DNA of 20,000 nucleotides, taken from the sequence record SRR31156797_1377; one strand, written 5' to 3'. Positions 17,711 to 20,000 of the stretch are shown here, one piece after another. Under the pieces are notes generated by a model. The model did no database searches and was not told the DNA's origin. It saw nothing but the letters and a program-made list of their open reading frames with translations. Every line of letters starts with the position of its first letter. The first letter of the stretch is position 1. The translations under genes were made by a program, and so were the position numbers.

Positions 17711-17721
17711 AATACAATCCT

Positions 17722-17729
17722 TATTTTTG
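17722..17729 (+). promoter_or_regulatory. -7 element (TATTTTTG) for the LMW-PTP / fructosamine kinase operon
   Basis: Exact TAnnTTTG 23 nt upstream of ATG 17753. Confidence 0.55.
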
Positions 17730-17752
17730 TCTTTGAACTAAGGTATTGAATT

Positions 17753-18229
17753 ATGACTCCGAAAAAGATATTATTTGTTTGTTTAGGGAATATTTGTCGC
17801 TCCCCAAGTGCAGAGGCGGTTATGAATGCTAAATTGGAAGAGAAGGGCTTAGACGATAAATACATTGTGGATTCAGCTGGTATTACCGGTTTTCATGCAG
17901 GAGAACCTGCAGATGCCAGAATGCAGCAGCATGCATTCCAAAGAGGATATCGCTTAACTAGTATTAGCCGGCCTGTAAATCCTGCTGAGGATTTTAAGGT
18001 ATTTGATTATATAATTGGGATGGATCATCAGAATATGAAGGATCTAACGGCATTGACTTCTGGTGAGAATGATTTGAGAAAGTTGAGTAAAATGACGGAC
18101 TATTGTTCTGCTTTTGATTATGATTCGGTTCCTGATCCCTACTATGGTGGAGCTGCAGGTTTTGAGTTGGTGCTCGATTTGTTGGAAGATGCTTGTGAAG
18201 GACTTATTAATAAAATCGAAAATGAATGA
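17753..18229 (+). CDS. Low-molecular-weight protein-tyrosine phosphatase (probable ribulosamine-5-phosphatase)
   Basis: P-loop FVCLGNICRS, VDSAG, DPYYGG. Confidence 0.95.
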   Translation: MTPKKILFVCLGNICRSPSAEAVMNAKLEEKGLDDKYIVDSAGITGFHAGEPADARMQQHAFQRGYRLTSISRPVNPAEDFKVFDYIIGMDHQNMKDLTALTSGENDLRKLSKMTDYCSAFDYDSVPDPYYGGAAGFELVLDLLEDACEGLINKIENE

Positions 18230-19067
18230 TGTTTTAGTTCAGGTTGCTGCGTTTTTAAACGATGAAATTATAACTTCTCAAGGAGCTGCAGGTGGCTGTA
18301 TTGCACAAAGTAGTATTATTCGAACTATATCAGGAAAAACTTACTTTCTGAAGCAGGGCTTTAATAATGGCATGTTTAAATGCGAGGCAAATGGACTATT
18401 GGAAATTGAAAAAGCCAACTGTATTCGTGTACCTAAAGTGATCATGGTTGAAGATGAGTTTTTATTATTGGAAACAGTTCAGGAAGGGAGAAAAAGTGCT
18501 CGGGTAATGTATGATTTTGGCCGTGATTTCGCGAAGATGCATATGTTCAAAGCAGAAGCATTTGGTTTTTTCGAGAACAACTTTATTGGTTCCAATCAAC
18601 AAATTAATACGCATGAGGAAAAGTGGGATGATTTTTATTTTACCAATAGATTACTGTATCAGTACAAATTAGCTGAAAAAAATGGCTATGTGACAAAGGA
18701 GTTAGAAAGTAAATTTTTAAAGCTGGAAAGCCAGATTTCTAATATTTTGGAAGGTAGTGAAGAGGAACCTTGTTTATTGCATGGCGATTTATGGGGAGGC
18801 AATTATATGGTAGATGAGAACGGAAATGGAGTCCTGATTGATCCAGCTGTTTATTATGGTCACAGAGAGGCTGATTTAGCCATGACTAAATTGTTTGGTG
18901 GTTTTTCTTCTGATTTCTATCAAGGGTACCAGAATTGTTATCCATTACAAGAAGGGTATAATTACAGAGAAGGTATATATCTTTTGTATCATGTACTTAA
19001 TCACCTAAACTTGTTTGGATCTGGTTATTATTCGCAAACAATGTCTTTAATTTCGCAATATGTATAA
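18222..19067 (+). CDS. Fructosamine kinase family protein (ribulosamine/erythrulosamine 3-kinase-like)
   Basis: GGCIA, YFLK, EANGL, FGFFENNFIGS, LLHGDLWGGN, IDPAVYYGHREADLAM, LYHVLNHLNLFG. Start moved to ATG 18222 (MNDVL..., 281 aa), overlapping the PTP stop by 8 nt. Confidence 0.93.
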   Translation: MNDVLVQVAAFLNDEIITSQGAAGGCIAQSSIIRTISGKTYFLKQGFNNGMFKCEANGLLEIEKANCIRVPKVIMVEDEFLLLETVQEGRKSARVMYDFGRDFAKMHMFKAEAFGFFENNFIGSNQQINTHEEKWDDFYFTNRLLYQYKLAEKNGYVTKELESKFLKLESQISNILEGSEEEPCLLHGDLWGGNYMVDENGNGVLIDPAVYYGHREADLAMTKLFGGFSSDFYQGYQNCYPLQEGYNYREGIYLLYHVLNHLNLFGSGYYSQTMSLISQYV

Positions 19068-19097
19068 AAAAAACGACTGCCGTTTAACAGTCGTTTT
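19066..19097. terminator. Probable bidirectional terminator between convergent genes
   Basis: 10-bp stem AAAACGACTG (19070-19079) / CAGTCGTTTT (19088-19097), with an A-tract on the left and T's on the right. Confidence 0.8.
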
Positions 19098-19165
19098 GTG
19101 TTTCTATAGTCAATAAAGTTAAGGTCTTGTGTATTGAAAGAGGATTTTGTAAATATTATTTATTT

Positions 19166-19864
19166 TTAAATAAATCCTCTTGTTTCTGCAATAATTACCA
19201 TTAGTTCAACAATTTCATCATCTGTCATTTCTTTACAATTAAAGCAAGCATCATAGAACTCGACATCAGGAACACCTTTTTCAAAGTAGGATCTAAATAG
19301 AGCTCTTCTTCTATCCATTTCCATAGCTTCTCGTTTGGCTTCGGAAATTGTTTTTCCGTATGTGTTGCTAATAATTTCAGCTCTCCATTCAATTGGAGCC
19401 ATGAGTTTTACATGAAAAGATTTTTTAAAATTCTTAGTGATGGCTTCTGCAGCTCTACCTATAATCACTACGTTTCCTTCTGTAGCTGCAGTATGAATAA
19501 AGTTGGCAATGGTATTATTTATTTTGGCATCACTTGGGTAGTAAGTATCCGAGAAAAATAATGCCAGATTATCGAAAAAGCTCCTGTTTTTATATTCAGA
19601 AACATCTTTGATAAGAGAAGGGGTTAGTTTCAATTCTCTGGCTGATTCATCAATTATTTCTTTACTTAACCACTTCCATTCGCCTTTTTTATTCTCTCTT
19701 TTAAGTTTTTCAGATAATACTTCTGCGAGGTACTTGCCAATTCTTTTACCCGGACAGCCATATTCTCTGGAAATGGTGATAACAGGACCTTCAGATCTGG
19801 CGATTGCAGGTTCGTCTGATTTGCCGGTTCTTTCCCGCATATATTTTAAAAAAACATTATCCAT
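19166..19864 (-). CDS. Cytidylate kinase-like family protein (Cytidylate_kin2)
   Basis: VITISREYGCPGKRIG, NVVIIGRAA, HVKLMAPIEWR, DRRR...YF, YDACFN. Confidence 0.88.
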   Translation of the reverse strand: MDNVFLKYMRERTGKSDEPAIARSEGPVITISREYGCPGKRIGKYLAEVLSEKLKRENKKGEWKWLSKEIIDESARELKLTPSLIKDVSEYKNRSFFDNLALFFSDTYYPSDAKINNTIANFIHTAATEGNVVIIGRAAEAITKNFKKSFHVKLMAPIEWRAEIISNTYGKTISEAKREAMEMDRRRALFRSYFEKGVPDVEFYDACFNCKEMTDDEIVELMVIIAETRGFI

Positions 19865-19953
19865 AGTGCTATTGGTTCATAGGTTAATATCTATTCAAAA
19901 TATAACTAGAAAAACTTAAAGAATCAAGAAAAAAGATGGTAATAGGAGGAAAG

Positions 19954-19984
19954 AAAAAAGGATAGATGGAAACATCTATCCTTT
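19954..19984 (-). terminator. Intrinsic terminator, probably for a minus-strand transcript arriving from beyond the window
   Basis: AAAGGATAGATG-GAAA-CATCTATCCTTT perfect 12-bp inverted repeat (19957-19984); the A-tract at 19954-19959 gives a U-tract on the minus strand. Confidence 0.75.
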
Positions 19985-20000
19985 ACCCTTAAAATCAGCT

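Noticed and set aside
18114-18221. 36-aa N-terminal extension of the fructosamine kinase ORF
   Set aside because: It overlaps the conserved DPYY region of the PTP in another frame; ATG 18222 gives a normal-length protein with typical stop/start coupling.
5363-19067. A single 'macromolecule repair island' (nth, NUDIX, tRNA editing, deglycation)
   Set aside because: The genes sit in four separate transcription units on both strands with unrelated genes between them; there is no sequence evidence of common regulation.
19166-19864. Calling this gene cmk
   Set aside because: It has the SREYG motif of the Cytidylate_kin2 family, not the canonical DGPxGxGK P-loop of Cmk; function unproven.
14858-19919. 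Short ORFs 14858-15196, 15927-16121 and 19608-19919
   Set aside because: Shadow ORFs overlapping the NMT1 kinase and the cytidylate-kinase-like gene.
1-20000. CRISPR arrays, IS/transposases, integrases, prophage, tRNA/rRNA, defence systems
   Set aside because: No regularly spaced repeats, recombinase motifs or structural-RNA signatures seen; nearly all sequence is explained by the listed CDS.

Overview
AT-rich bacterial chromosomal window, almost certainly Bacteroidota. This rests on TAnnTTTG promoters, signal peptides cleaved before Gln, a CarboxypepD-reg-type TonB receptor and a beta-propeller/Y_Y_Y hybrid kinase; a Marinilabiliales-like origin is an inference. It holds 18 densely packed CDS and no rRNA, tRNA, CRISPR or mobile element that I can support. 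Main blocks: (1) 5'-truncated hybrid sensor kinase, acyltransferase-3, a putative outer-membrane protein and a DUF6616-like protein. (2) A minus-strand operon mntR/dtxR - zupT - CxxC TonB receptor - nth, whose promoter carries a DtxR-type operator and a Fur-box-like palindrome. (3) Amidase - nucleotidyltransferase - NUDIX, then an aminotransferase and a class II aldolase. (4) A free-standing archaeal-type ThrRS editing domain with altered active-site residues, apparently co-transcribed with an NMT1/THI5-sensor histidine kinase. (5) A candidate ~120 nt sRNA, followed by an LMW-PTP + fructosamine-kinase (deglycation) pair and a cytidylate-kinase-like gene. All family calls come from motif recognition by eye; no database searches were run.
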